This document shows positions 1 to 9,659 of a stretch of 64,000 nt of DNA, piece after piece. Origin of the DNA: Nitrospina sp. (GTDB lineage Bacteria > Nitrospinota > Nitrospinia > Nitrospinales > VA-1); the NCBI GenBank assembly GCA_018702695.1, contig JABIYR010000177.1:17415-81414 (forward strand), written 5' to 3'. Each line of letters starts with the position of its first letter. Position 1 is the stretch's first letter. A program made the position numbers and the translations under genes. The notes under the pieces were generated by a model. It did no database searches and was not told the origin of the DNA. It saw only the letters and a program-made list of their open reading frames with translations.

Positions 1-1319
1 ATATCACGCCCCAATACTTCAATCTCGGGTTTGGGTAACGCCATGGGGGTTGTGTTTGATTGCACAAGATTCAGTTTTTCTTTTTCAGCCGAAGGCCTAA
101 TCGTTAAAGAGATAGGTTGCGTCTCTGCCAATTGGTATTGGGCTTTTTCTGAATCAAAATAGGGTATCGAAAATTTGGGCAGGGTGCGTCTTCCGGAAGC
201 AAGTGGCACCAATGCAAACTTAAATATTTTTTCCCCTATAATTTGATTGTTGTGCACCGTTTGTTTGAATTCTGGTTTATCAGGATATATTTTGAAAAAA
301 CTTTTCAGGTCGGGGTCTGCTAATGAAATATCTCGAACATTGCCTTTTCCGACAAGGGTTACGGTTAGAGTGGTGGTGTCACCCACTTCTAGGTCGTTGT
401 TTCCCAGTTCTGCCAAAATTTCGAATTGCCCGATTAAGTTGTCAAAATCTTTAGGGGCTCCTCCGGGTAACGCTTGAATTTCTACTGAAAGGGGTTGTGA
501 ACGTAAAATCTTATGCTCGGCCCGAGCGCGCCGACCCAAAAAGGGGTCGTTAAAAAATTGGCTGAAGGGGTCTTGTCGAGAACGATTTTGTGGTCGATGT
601 AAGAGGTCTAATTCAATTTGCGCCGGGGGAATTTTGTACAAGCCTTTCTTCAGAGGAAATAGAGCTAAAGATAATTCTTGCACATGATATTGCAGTCCAT
701 TAATGATCTTCGTATAAGCCTTGGGTTGGCCTAAGTCTTCCTTGTGAAAAAGCGTTTTGTCGAAAGGTAATCTTAAATCAAGGTTTTTGGCATCAACTCG
801 ATGAAAGAGCTGAAAGGTATAAACCAATTGTTGCCCTATATAGGATTTTTGTGATGATAGTTGGGTTTTGATGAATGCCAGCTTATTGTTATTTTGATGC
901 GAGCCAGAAGGTTTTTTAATTTCTATGGTTATTGGCTGAGTGATGTATGTTTTTCCATTTGCTCGCACGCGAGCCGAACCGATTATAAAGGTCCCCGCAT
1001 TCATCGGAGTCAGTCTGTAATTATGTGTGATGGAAACACTGCGTTGAGTGTTGATGTATTGGGTGGAACTAGACGTTCCCGCTGTGACCACTTGAAAATC
1101 TGGTAGAGAAGGCAGTTCAGGGGGAGGGGTGTTTTGAGTTCCTTGAATGATGATAGAAAGTTTTAATACGTCTTCAAGAGTCAAACGGTTTTTATCAACC
1201 GTTGCGGTGACGCTCACATTCTGGGCAAAACTTTGCGAAATGTCGAATGCATTGAGCGCACATAATAGAAAGACTGATAAGAACACAAACTTTCTTAATT
1301 TATTTATCAACAAAGTCAT
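1..1319 (-). CDS. batD: BatD-family (oxygen-tolerance) protein, C-terminus cut by window edge
   Basis: Absent from the ORF track because it runs off the window. Hand translation from the ATG at 1319 (minus) gives MTLLINKLRKFVFLSVFLLCALNAF (signal peptide), then VTATVDKNRLTLEDVLKLSIIIQG...YRLTPMNAGTFIIGSARVRANGKTYITQPITIEIKK...YIGQQLVYTFQLFHRVD. No stop appeared in the roughly 230 codons I checked. It starts 3 nt after the batC stop. Confidence 0.75.
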   Translation of the reverse strand, partial: MTLLINKLRKFVFLSVFLLCALNAFDISQSFAQNVSVTATVDKNRLTLEDVLKLSIIIQGTQNTPPPELPSLPDFQVVTAGTSSSTQYINTQRSVSITHNYRLTPMNAGTFIIGSARVRANGKTYITQPITIEIKKPSGSHQNNNKLAFIKTQLSSQKSYIGQQLVYTFQLFHRVDAKNLDLRLPFDKTLFHKEDLGQPKAYTKIINGLQYHVQELSLALFPLKKGLYKIPPAQIELDLLHRPQNRSRQDPFSQFFNDPFLGRRARAEHKILRSQPLSVEIQALPGGAPKDFDNLIGQFEILAELGNNDLEVGDTTTLTVTLVGKGNVRDISLADPDLKSFFKIYPDKPEFKQTVHNNQIIGEKIFKFALVPLASGRRTLPKFSIPYFDSEKAQYQLAETQPISLTIRPSAEKEKLNLVQSNTTPMALPKPEIEVLGRD

Positions 1320-1322
1320 TCT

Positions 1323-2165
1323 TTACCAGTCATTTCCCTGATAGGTGGATTTTGTTTTACCTGCCTGCAACCGGCTGATACTTTTTAAGTCTTCGCTGAG
1401 TCGGTTGAGCATTTTTTCTGCTTCGGCCTCAGAGATTTCTAGTTCTGATTCACCGGCTTGTGCCGAAGTTTCTTCAGGTTCTTGTTTTTGCTCTGCTTCT
1501 TTCTCTGGCGTGGCAGGGGGGGCTTCGGCTTGTGAATCTTCGTCTGCATCGCCTTCAGGGTCTTGCTCTTTATCGCCTTTTTCTTTTTTGTCTGAATCTT
1601 TATCCGATTTTTTATCTGAATTTTTGTCAGAATCCTTGTTTTTTTGTTGCTCTTGCTGTTCTTTCTTTTTCAGTTGATCCCGTACATACTCAAGGTTGTA
1701 TTTTGCGTCCATATCGGTGGAGTCTAGGGCCAGAACTTTTTTGAAGACAGACTCCGCTTCTTCCAGCTTTTCCAGCTTTACCAACGTATTGCCCGTGTTG
1801 TAGAGCGAGCTTTTTTTGAGTGCAGGGTTATTTTCATCGAGTGCCGCGTGGTTGAAGGCCTTCAAGGCTTCTTGAAAATTACCATTTCGATAATGAGAGT
1901 TTCCTTGATTATAGGCTATGCGAGAATCTTCAGGGCGGATGGATCGGGCCAAGGCGAAACTTTCACCGGCATCCTTAAACTCTCCATCATTGTATTGTTT
2001 GATGCCTTGTTGTATCTGGGTATCCACCGATTGCGCCAAAGCGTTGATGGGCACGATGACGAATAAAATGAAAAACAGGGTGAGGAGAGTTCTGCCGTGT
2101 TGGGTTAGATAGTTCCCGGCCAAATGTGACCGGGAACCCATAAAAATGCGAAGATCTATTTTCAA
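1323..2165 (-). CDS. batC: BatC-like TPR protein with acidic/lysine-rich low-complexity tail
   Basis: 280-aa ORF with an N-terminal TM/signal segment and TPR-like units (AYNQGNSHYRNGNFQEALKAFNHA, LYNTGNTLVKLEKLEEAESVFKKVLALD). The tail is KDSDKNSDKKSDKDSDKK...EAEQKQEPEE. The track start is TTG; the ATG at 2141 (MGSRSHLAG) is an alternative. Its position between the VWA genes and batD fits Bat operon order. Confidence 0.7.
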   Translation of the reverse strand: MKIDLRIFMGSRSHLAGNYLTQHGRTLLTLFFILFVIVPINALAQSVDTQIQQGIKQYNDGEFKDAGESFALARSIRPEDSRIAYNQGNSHYRNGNFQEALKAFNHAALDENNPALKKSSLYNTGNTLVKLEKLEEAESVFKKVLALDSTDMDAKYNLEYVRDQLKKKEQQEQQKNKDSDKNSDKKSDKDSDKKEKGDKEQDPEGDADEDSQAEAPPATPEKEAEQKQEPEETSAQAGESELEISEAEAEKMLNRLSEDLKSISRLQAGKTKSTYQGNDW

Positions 2166-2166
2166 C

Positions 2167-2868
2167 TTACCTTCTGTCTCCCATAAGTCTGAGAAGCATC
2201 AGGAATAAGTTGATGAAATCCAGATACAAAGTCAACGCTCCACGGATCGCTTCTTTTGTGTCTTCGTCGGTGCCTTCATTACCGAGAATATTCATCTCTT
2301 TAATTTTTTGGGTATCGTAGGCAGTCAGCCCAACAAAGATGAGCACTCCTGCATAAGTGATGATCATATGCATCATAGAGCTTTGCATAAAGATATTCAC
2401 AACCGATGCGATGATGATTCCAATCAACCCCATGAACAAAAAACTACCCCATGATGTCAGGTCTTTTTTGGTGGTGTAACCATATAGACTCATGGCACCA
2501 AATGTACCTGCTGTAACCAGAAAGGTAGAAGTTATGGACGAGGCGGTATAAACAACAAAGATTGCCGAAAATGTAACACCTGTCAGCCCCGCATATAGCA
2601 TGAAAACCCCTGTTGCCTGACTCACGCTCATATGCATCACTCTGGAGGCGAGCCAGAAAACCAAGCCTATCTGAACGACGATGAGAACAATTGGCATGAT
2701 GGGGTTGCCAAAAACGAGTTGCATCATGGTTTCACTGCTGGAAATATAATAAGCCATGAAACCGGTTATACCCAGCCCCGCAGTCATCCAGTTATAAACA
2801 CGTACCATGAACCGTTGCTGTTCAGCCGCAGTGGCATCTAGGCTCGTGGTTCTTACTGAGCTTTGCAT
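2167..2868 (-). CDS. Bax inhibitor-1/YccA family membrane protein
   Basis: 233-aa polytopic membrane protein (about 7 TM). The N-terminal QQRFMVRVYNWMTAGLGITG, the C-terminal charged loop (KEMNILGNEGTDEDTKEAIRGALTLYLDFINLFLMLLRL) and the overall layout are typical of BI-1/YccA. Confidence 0.8.
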   Translation of the reverse strand: MQSSVRTTSLDATAAEQQRFMVRVYNWMTAGLGITGFMAYYISSSETMMQLVFGNPIMPIVLIVVQIGLVFWLASRVMHMSVSQATGVFMLYAGLTGVTFSAIFVVYTASSITSTFLVTAGTFGAMSLYGYTTKKDLTSWGSFLFMGLIGIIIASVVNIFMQSSMMHMIITYAGVLIFVGLTAYDTQKIKEMNILGNEGTDEDTKEAIRGALTLYLDFINLFLMLLRLMGDRR

Positions 2869-3030
2869 TATTATTTCCTTTCGTTATTTTTCAAGTATCA
2901 TTAATAGCCATTCCAGCTATTATTAAATTATATAAAATTGCCCGTAGGGTTTGTCAAGGTCATTGAAACCTTTTTTATCATTGTATCTATTGTAGTTTAG
3001 CAAAATAAAACAGGCGAATGCAGACTTATA

Positions 3031-4038
3031 TTAGGGGCGAGCCTTAGGTTTTCTGGCCGTTAAATAGGTGTCCAGAGTTAGAAAAATCAATCCTGCAAAA
3101 ATGAACCACTGAAAACGCTCTTGCCAGATTTTTCGACGTTCAGATTTGAACTCCTTTTTCTCAATACGTTTTTTGATCTGATCTGCATAGATTGTTTTTA
3201 GGTCAATATCACCGGTGACAGAGCGAACATAACTGCCCCCTGTTTCCAATGCGATTTTTTGTAATGTGGTTTCATCTAACTTTGAGAGGATGATCTCTCC
3301 TTGTTGATTTTTTCTGAATCCACCTTGGTTGGATGGGTTGGGCAAGGGTGCGCCAATTTCGCCCCCTATGCCGATGGCATAAATTTTAACACCCTGTTTT
3401 TGGGCCTCTTTTGCGGCGGCGAGGGCTTGCCCCGTTTGATCTTCTCCATCCGTTATGAGTATTAAGGCTTTAGACTTTTTCTCTTGAGTGCGAAATGCTT
3501 TGGCCGATGTTTTGATAGCATTGCCAATGGCTGTGCCCTGTACTGGGATTAATTCTGTGTCGATGGCAGACAGAAACAGTCGGGCTGCGTTGTAGTCTAG
3601 AGTGAGTGGGCATTGCACGAAGGAAGTTCCGGCAAAGGCGACCAGCCCAATACGGTCACCTTCCAACATATCAAGTAGGTCAGAGATTTTGCGTTTCGCC
3701 CTTTCCAGACGGTTGGGTTTCATGTCTTCGGCTAACATGCTATTGGAAACATCGAGTGCAACAATGACATCGACTCCTCGCTGATGTAGGTCTTCCCAAT
3801 GGTAACCCCAGCGCGGGGAGGTTGAAGCAATTAGAAATAATAGAATTGCTAGAAATAGGAAAATAGCTTGAGTGCGCTGACGTTTTTCCAAATCCGGATA
3901 GATCAATTTTGACAGCAATGGATCACCACAAAACTTGACGATGAGTTGTTGTTTCTTTTTACGACCCCAGATCATCAAGAAGATGATGGGGATCAAACTC
4001 CACAAAAAATATAAATACAGCGGTTCACCAAATCGCAT
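3031..4038 (-). CDS. batB: VWA-domain membrane protein BatB-like
   Basis: 335 aa with N-terminal TM segments, a VWA MIDAS motif (VIVALDVSNSM), LITDGED, and a C-terminal TM. Confidence 0.85.
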   Translation of the reverse strand: MRFGEPLYLYFLWSLIPIIFLMIWGRKKKQQLIVKFCGDPLLSKLIYPDLEKRQRTQAIFLFLAILLFLIASTSPRWGYHWEDLHQRGVDVIVALDVSNSMLAEDMKPNRLERAKRKISDLLDMLEGDRIGLVAFAGTSFVQCPLTLDYNAARLFLSAIDTELIPVQGTAIGNAIKTSAKAFRTQEKKSKALILITDGEDQTGQALAAAKEAQKQGVKIYAIGIGGEIGAPLPNPSNQGGFRKNQQGEIILSKLDETTLQKIALETGGSYVRSVTGDIDLKTIYADQIKKRIEKKEFKSERRKIWQERFQWFIFAGLIFLTLDTYLTARKPKARP

Positions 4039-4040
4039 TT

Positions 4041-5033
4041 TTATGGAATCCTTCTTAAATAGGTGTTGGCAAGCCCCAGCTCAATTAAAAGCAGAACCAG
4101 CGCAGGAATCAAGAAATAATGAAACAACTCTTGATATTCAGAATGGTCGATTATTTTGACTTCTGATTTTTCCATTTTATCGATTTGTTCATAAATGTTT
4201 TTTAACGACTCGATGTCGGTGGCGCGGAAATACTGACCGCCGGTAATTTGTGATATTTCTTTCAATGTTTTTTCATCGATATCCACTTTCTGATAAACAT
4301 AGCGTTGGCCAAAGACCGAGTTGACCAAGAAAGGGGCCTTGCCATGAGTGCCGACCCCAATGGTATGAATTTTAATGCCAAAAGTTTTTGCCGTCTGAGC
4401 GGCTTGTAGGGGAACTAATGAACCGGCATTGTTCCTGCCATCGGTCAATAAAATGATGACTTTAGATTTAGACTCAAGATCTTTGAGTCGTTTGACAGCA
4501 ATGCCTATGGCTGAGCCAATAGCTGTTGAGTCTCCCGCCATGCCAATTTCCAGTTTGCTTAAAAAAGTTTGCAGAATGCCCTGATCCAGCGTCAGTGGGC
4601 ATTGGGTGTAGGCCTGTTCACCGAATACCACCATGCCGATGCGGTCGTTGGGTCGATTGTCTATAAATTTAGAGACCACGCCTTTGACCACAGCGAGTCG
4701 GGTGATGCGCTTTTCTTCTTCTATAAAGTCCAGCGCTCGCATGCTTCCTGATGTGTCCAGAGCGAGCATGATGTCTACACCGATAGAAACAATTTCGGTG
4801 CTTTTATGCCCTTCTTGTGGGCGGGCCAAGGCGATGATTAAAAGTGTCATTGCAATAAAACGTAGCAAATATGGAAGCCCGGCATAAAAATCGACCCGCG
4901 ATGGGCGCAGAGTTTTCAGGCTGGCGATGGATGAAAAGTGGATGGAAGCTCCAGCTCTTTTTTGCAACGCGAGTAATGGTAAGCCTAATAGTAATATTAA
5001 TAACCACGGGCTTTGGAATTGGAGGAAGTTCAT
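4041..5033 (-). CDS. batA: VWA-domain membrane protein BatA-like
   Basis: 330 aa with N-terminal TM segments, a MIDAS motif (IMLALDTSGSM), LLTDGRNN, and a C-terminal TM. It is a paralog of the downstream batB. Confidence 0.85.
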   Translation of the reverse strand: MNFLQFQSPWLLILLLGLPLLALQKRAGASIHFSSIASLKTLRPSRVDFYAGLPYLLRFIAMTLLIIALARPQEGHKSTEIVSIGVDIMLALDTSGSMRALDFIEEEKRITRLAVVKGVVSKFIDNRPNDRIGMVVFGEQAYTQCPLTLDQGILQTFLSKLEIGMAGDSTAIGSAIGIAVKRLKDLESKSKVIILLTDGRNNAGSLVPLQAAQTAKTFGIKIHTIGVGTHGKAPFLVNSVFGQRYVYQKVDIDEKTLKEISQITGGQYFRATDIESLKNIYEQIDKMEKSEVKIIDHSEYQELFHYFLIPALVLLLIELGLANTYLRRIP

Positions 5034-6013
5034 GAGGCGGCAGAAGGGAGTGTTTCAGCAATGACTGGTTTTGCCTGCTGAATGAACTCTATGACAGTTT
5101 GTATCTCATCACGCCCTTCGACTCTATCGGCTTTGGCGAATTTAATACGGTCCGTATGCGTCAGAATAGCGCGAGCTTGAAGTTTAAGTGTGTCATTGAG
5201 CATAGGAAAAGTTTTGAAATGGTGAATGATTTCCTCCGTGGTCCATTCGCGTGCCGGGAACTGATAACGGTTTTCCAGATAGTTTCTGAAAATTTCAGAC
5301 AGCTCAAAAAAATGTTCTTGAATACGTCCTAGGTTTAACAAATCTTTAGCCTTCAGAGCATTGAGTTGTTGATAGGCTAACTCTTCTGGTGTGAGTTGAG
5401 GGCTAGGCTTGGCATTGATCTCATTAGTAGTTCGAGATTTCCATTTTCGCCAAATAAAATATAACGCTGCTATGAGGGCGAGGGCCGCCAAAGTCATCCA
5501 TAAATAATGAATCCAAGGAGGCGGAATTTCCGCCAGCGGTTTGATGTCACGAATCTCTTTTGGACTGCCGGGGGTAGCGAGCAGAGACTGTACCTGTAAA
5601 CTCACTTCTGGGGCCAGAATGGTTCCCTGAATCATTTTGTCCGGCATTTTAGAGTCAGGAGCTTGAAATGTAATGGGTGCAGGAGGCAGTGTCAGTGTAC
5701 CAACATCGTCGACCCGAAGTTTATACCAATAATCATGAATGACCTGTTGGTCAACCGTTTGGGCTGGGTTTTCACCCTTATCAACCAACTCCAACCCTTG
5801 TGGCGGCTTGATGTCAGGGGCTGACGGTTGGATATCCGGGTCATGCTTAACGGAAATTGTGTAGATCGCTTCATCCCCCAGGGTGAAGGTGTTTGGCGCG
5901 ATTCGAGTCGTGGCGGTGATGGGTGTTTTGGCTTCATCCGCATAGGCTGTGGATAATAGCATTGATAAAAACAGAACCGCTGTTGAAAACTTCATCATCA
6001 TTGCATTTTTCAT
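5030..6013 (-). CDS. BatD-like / DUF4381-like membrane protein
   Basis: 327 aa with a signal peptide, a BatD-N-like beta domain (TFTLGDEAIYTISVKHDPDIQP), a central TM (WIHYLWMTLAALALIAALYFIW) and a cytoplasmic helical tail. It overlaps both neighbours by 4 nt. Confidence 0.6.
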   Translation of the reverse strand: MKNAMMMKFSTAVLFLSMLLSTAYADEAKTPITATTRIAPNTFTLGDEAIYTISVKHDPDIQPSAPDIKPPQGLELVDKGENPAQTVDQQVIHDYWYKLRVDDVGTLTLPPAPITFQAPDSKMPDKMIQGTILAPEVSLQVQSLLATPGSPKEIRDIKPLAEIPPPWIHYLWMTLAALALIAALYFIWRKWKSRTTNEINAKPSPQLTPEELAYQQLNALKAKDLLNLGRIQEHFFELSEIFRNYLENRYQFPAREWTTEEIIHHFKTFPMLNDTLKLQARAILTHTDRIKFAKADRVEGRDEIQTVIEFIQQAKPVIAETLPSAAS

Positions 6014-6480
6014 TGATCAGAAATTTTACTTCTGACTTTAGAAAGACAGGTATCGATCAGCGGTTGCAAGGGCAAGGTTTTACCCAAGTCAGAAACCTCG
6101 GCTCGAAACAACCAAACCAGAGCTTCCTGACAATTGCCGAGGTCTGCGTACAATTTCCCTATGGTCTGAGCCGCGTTGGCTCTTGCGAGGGTGCCCGTGG
6201 TTTGCATTTCCCATATTTTGATATATTGATCAATGGCTTGTTCCGTTAAGCCTACGTTGATCAGGCGTGCGCCGACTTGGCTGTATTCGTCTAACAAAAA
6301 CTGACTTGACTGCGGTTTTGCAATGGCCAAAGCTTTTTTCTTAGGTGTGGGTTGTTTCGTTGCCAGTTTGGTGAACAACGCGACAAGGGCGATAAAGGTG
6401 ATAAGCGTTAAGAGGGTGACAAACAGTTTTAGTTTTTTGCTGACTCCATCACCGGGGATGGTTTCTGTGTCTTGTTTCAT
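6010..6480 (-). CDS. Single-pass membrane protein with TPR-like C-terminal region
   Basis: 156 aa with one TM (LFVTLLTLITFIALVALF) and a helical repeat-like C-terminus (AAQTIGKLYADLGNCQEALVWLFRAE). It is operon-internal and overlaps the downstream gene by 4 nt. Confidence 0.6.
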   Translation of the reverse strand: MKQDTETIPGDGVSKKLKLFVTLLTLITFIALVALFTKLATKQPTPKKKALAIAKPQSSQFLLDEYSQVGARLINVGLTEQAIDQYIKIWEMQTTGTLARANAAQTIGKLYADLGNCQEALVWLFRAEVSDLGKTLPLQPLIDTCLSKVRSKISDQ

Positions 6481-6483
6481 AGT

Positions 6484-7425
6484 TTAGTGTTTTTTTTCAC
6501 GCATTTTGAAATAGCGGATGATGGGTTCTGTTAAAGATCGATTTGTGTACAGTTCGATGGTATCAATGCCAATTGAGCGGAATTGTTTTTTACGTTTTTC
6601 TTTTTTGACCTCAACCTGTTTGGCATATTGATGGGTCATAACCTTGTCATGTGTATCTACCAATAGTGTTTCTCCCGTTTCGGCATCTTCTAGTTGAATG
6701 AAGCCGACATCAGGCAGGGTTTCTTCTCGTGGATCAACAATGGTGATTGCTACCAAATCATGTTTTTGTTTGGCGAGTTTTAGTTTAGCCTCATAATTAT
6801 CATCCTGAAAGTCTGAAATTAAAAAAGCAGTGGCTTTTCGCTTCTGGATCTTCAATAAATATTCTAAAGGCAATGCCAGATTAGTGCCTTTTCCTTCAGG
6901 TTTGAAATTAAGAATAGTGCGGATGATATTCCAGACATGAGCTTTTCCCTTTTTTGGGTGTATGGTGTGCTCAATTTTGTCTGAGAAAACAATCAAGCCG
7001 ATCTTGTCGTTGTTTTTGATGGCGGTAAAGGCAAGGATAGAAGCAATCTCAGCAGAAATCTCATTTTTGAGTTTGTCGGCCGATCCAAACTCACCCGATG
7101 AACTCACGTCAACCAATAGCATGACGGTCAACTCCCGCTCTTCTTTAAACTCCTTAATAAAAGGTTGGTCCATTCGGGCGGTCACGTTCCAATCGATTAG
7201 TCGCACATCGTCACCAGCTTGATACTCTCTAACAGAACTGAATTCCATTCCCTGACCCTTAAATGCCGAGACATATTCACCTACCATGATGTCATTGACC
7301 AGATAATTGGTCTTCACTTGAATGGCTTTAATGCGTTGCAATAATTCAGGTGACAGGCTTTTATCTTGTTCTGGCTCGGGCGTTGGGTCTTTGAACCAAT
7401 CTTTAATTGTCTGGGTCAGGCTCAT
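6484..7425 (-). CDS. DUF58 family protein (MoxR-associated, VWA-like)
   Basis: 313 aa carrying the DUF58 signature region REYQAGDDVRLIDWNVTARMDQPFIKEFKEERE. It sits immediately downstream of moxR, as is usual. Confidence 0.9.
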   Translation of the reverse strand: MSLTQTIKDWFKDPTPEPEQDKSLSPELLQRIKAIQVKTNYLVNDIMVGEYVSAFKGQGMEFSSVREYQAGDDVRLIDWNVTARMDQPFIKEFKEERELTVMLLVDVSSSGEFGSADKLKNEISAEIASILAFTAIKNNDKIGLIVFSDKIEHTIHPKKGKAHVWNIIRTILNFKPEGKGTNLALPLEYLLKIQKRKATAFLISDFQDDNYEAKLKLAKQKHDLVAITIVDPREETLPDVGFIQLEDAETGETLLVDTHDKVMTHQYAKQVEVKKEKRKKQFRSIGIDTIELYTNRSLTEPIIRYFKMREKKH

Positions 7426-7442
7426 GAGTGAGTATTGGCCAT

Positions 7443-8435
7443 TTAGGGAACTTCGAGTGTGTCGAAGATTTTTTTAATGATATCGTCCGGTGTCACATTC
7501 TCCGCTTCGGCTTCATACGAAAGAATGACACGATGTCTCAAGATATCCAGGCCGATACTTTTAATGTCATGCGGAACGACATAACCTCGGCGTTGTAAAA
7601 AGGCGTAAGCTTTTGCGCATCGGTTTAAAAAAATGGATGCTCGTGGAGAAGCCCCATATTGAACCATGTCTTTCAATGATGCCATTTGGTAGTCTTCTGG
7701 GTTGCGGGTGGCTCTCACTAAATTGATGATATATTCCTGCAAATTTTCATCAATATAAATATCATCGAATACTTGTCGTGCTTTAAAAATATCATCGGGG
7801 GAGACCACTTGCCGGACTTGATGATTATTTTTTTTGTTCGACATTCTTTGCATGACAAGTTTTTCTTCTTCTCTACTAGGGTAGTCGATATGGAGTTTAA
7901 ACATGAACCGATCGACCTGTGCTTCAGGAAGCGGGTAGGTGCCTTCTTGCTCAATGGGGTTCTGGGTGGCAATGACCATAAATGGCTCTTCGAGCTTGAA
8001 GGTGGTGCCGCCGATTGATATTTGTCTTTCCTGCATGGCTTCAAGCAGGGCGCTTTGCACCTTGGCTGGAGCCCGATTGATTTCATCTGCGAGGACGATA
8101 TTGGCAAAAAGCGGGCCTTTTTTTATATCAAATTCCCCGGTTTTAGGTTGATAGATCTGTGTGCCTAATAGATCAGCGGGCAATAAATCGGGGGTAAACT
8201 GAATGCGTTTGAATTCGGTTTTTATGGATTGTGCTAAGGTTTTGACGGCTGTGGTTTTTGCTAAACCCGGTACACCTTCTAATAAAATATGTTCTCCCGT
8301 CAGCAAGCCTAAGATTAAACGTTCTGTCAGGTATTTCTGCCCCACCATCACTTGTTCTAATTCTTGTAAGAGGGGAGGGATGAACCCGCTGGATTGGTTA
8401 ATGCGTTCGGTTATTTCATCAATATTTTGTGGCAT
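7443..8435 (-). CDS. moxR: MoxR-family AAA+ ATPase
   Basis: 330 aa with a Walker A variant (LLEGVPGLAKT) and a Walker B/sensor region (VLADEINRAPAKVQSALLEAMQERQ). MoxR length and context. Confidence 0.95.
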   Translation of the reverse strand: MPQNIDEITERINQSSGFIPPLLQELEQVMVGQKYLTERLILGLLTGEHILLEGVPGLAKTTAVKTLAQSIKTEFKRIQFTPDLLPADLLGTQIYQPKTGEFDIKKGPLFANIVLADEINRAPAKVQSALLEAMQERQISIGGTTFKLEEPFMVIATQNPIEQEGTYPLPEAQVDRFMFKLHIDYPSREEEKLVMQRMSNKKNNHQVRQVVSPDDIFKARQVFDDIYIDENLQEYIINLVRATRNPEDYQMASLKDMVQYGASPRASIFLNRCAKAYAFLQRRGYVVPHDIKSIGLDILRHRVILSYEAEAENVTPDDIIKKIFDTLEVP

Positions 8436-8726
8436 TTAGAGAACCCTTAAGAAAAGTAGTTTTGAATATTAATGGGGTTTTAAATTCTAAAGAATTATCT
8501 ATCGTCGGAAATATGAAATATAATTTAATTTTCCAAACAATGTAATTAAAAATTTTTAATCTTAGATTTTAAAAACGCTATGTTTTCGATACAATAGCTA
8601 TTAATGTGCAAATTTGGGCTAATGTGATGGCTAAATGGATTTTTAACTTTACAAGTGAAGATACTGTCTTAAAATACAAAACTTACCTTATTGCTTAATT
8701 TAGATTTTTATGTGGAGCATGTTCGA

Positions 8727-9635
8727 ATGGCTGAAAAAGAAGTCAAAGATATAGATAGCCTCATAGACCAAGGCTTGAATACTGAGAATAGTGAACTTGA
8801 TTTGCGAGAAAAAGAACTAGATGATGAAGATCTTATCAAGGTTCTTGAGTCGGACAAGGTCAAAGGAGTCACGGCTTTGTTTTTAGAGTTCAATGATATC
8901 GGGGATGAGGGTCTCAAAGCTTTGGTTGCAAGTGACAAAATGAAGTTTTTGACAGCTCTGAATCTCTTTAAAAATAAAGTGACCGATGAGGGTGTCAAGG
9001 CTTTAGCTAAAGCTAAAACCATGCTTAACTTATCTGAATTGATATTGAGCGATAATGAAATCACCGCTGAAGGCGCGAAAGTGGTTGCGACCTCTAATAT
9101 ATTGGGGAACTTAGTTTCACTTTGGTTGGGCGACAAAGTGGGGGACGAAGGTGCGAAGGCATTAGCCAGCTCTGAAACGCTCACCCGATTGACGCAACTT
9201 TCTTTGTATCGCAATAATATCAGTGATGAGGGTGCTCTCGCGATTGCGCAATCGAAGAACCTGAGTAAACTTACAGAATTAAACTTGAATTGGAACTTTA
9301 TTGAAGGCGAGGGGGTCGAAGCCTTAGCTGAGTCGGATACGCTGAGCAACCTTACTCAATTGACTTTGACTTTTAACCCAATAGGGCTTCGGGGTGCTGA
9401 GGCCATTGCAAATTCTGAGAATTTTAGAAACCTCACCTTGATGGACTTATATGAGGCTGATTTAGGCGATAGAGGCGCAAGAGCTTTGGCTGAATCGAAA
9501 AACCTCCCAAACCTCGAAACACTGGTGTTGATTCATAATGATGTACGTGAAGGGGTTCAAGCGCTTTTTAAAGATAATAAAAACTTCCCGAAATTGAAGG
9601 ATGTTTATTTTTATACGGCCAAAGCAGAAGTTTGA
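8727..9635 (+). CDS. Ribonuclease-inhibitor-type leucine-rich repeat protein (cytoplasmic)
   Basis: About ten units of about 27 aa, of the form L.L..N.I.DEGA.ALA.S..L..L (e.g. LSLYRNNISDEGALAIAQSKNLSKLTE). No signal peptide. The track ORF starts at TTG 8691; the ATG at 8727 (MAEKEV) is more plausible. Confidence 0.85.
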   Translation: MAEKEVKDIDSLIDQGLNTENSELDLREKELDDEDLIKVLESDKVKGVTALFLEFNDIGDEGLKALVASDKMKFLTALNLFKNKVTDEGVKALAKAKTMLNLSELILSDNEITAEGAKVVATSNILGNLVSLWLGDKVGDEGAKALASSETLTRLTQLSLYRNNISDEGALAIAQSKNLSKLTELNLNWNFIEGEGVEALAESDTLSNLTQLTLTFNPIGLRGAEAIANSENFRNLTLMDLYEADLGDRGARALAESKNLPNLETLVLIHNDVREGVQALFKDNKNFPKLKDVYFYTAKAEV

Positions 9636-9659
9636 TTTTGCTGAGGCGGACGAATCTAG

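Noticed and set aside
1345-1677. 110-aa Ser/Cys/Phe-rich ORF opposite the batC low-complexity tail
   Set aside because: It is the mirror image of the K/D/E/S-rich tail of batC and a compositional artefact.
7718-8107. 129-aa same-strand alternative-frame ORF inside moxR
   Set aside because: It is entirely embedded in the MoxR AAA+ core in another frame, with no independent evidence.
8708-9349. 213-aa ORF antisense to the LRR gene
   Set aside because: It lies fully inside the LRR gene on the opposite strand and is Ser/Leu-rich and low-complexity. Long antisense frames are expected in periodic repeat genes, and it has no recognisable motifs.
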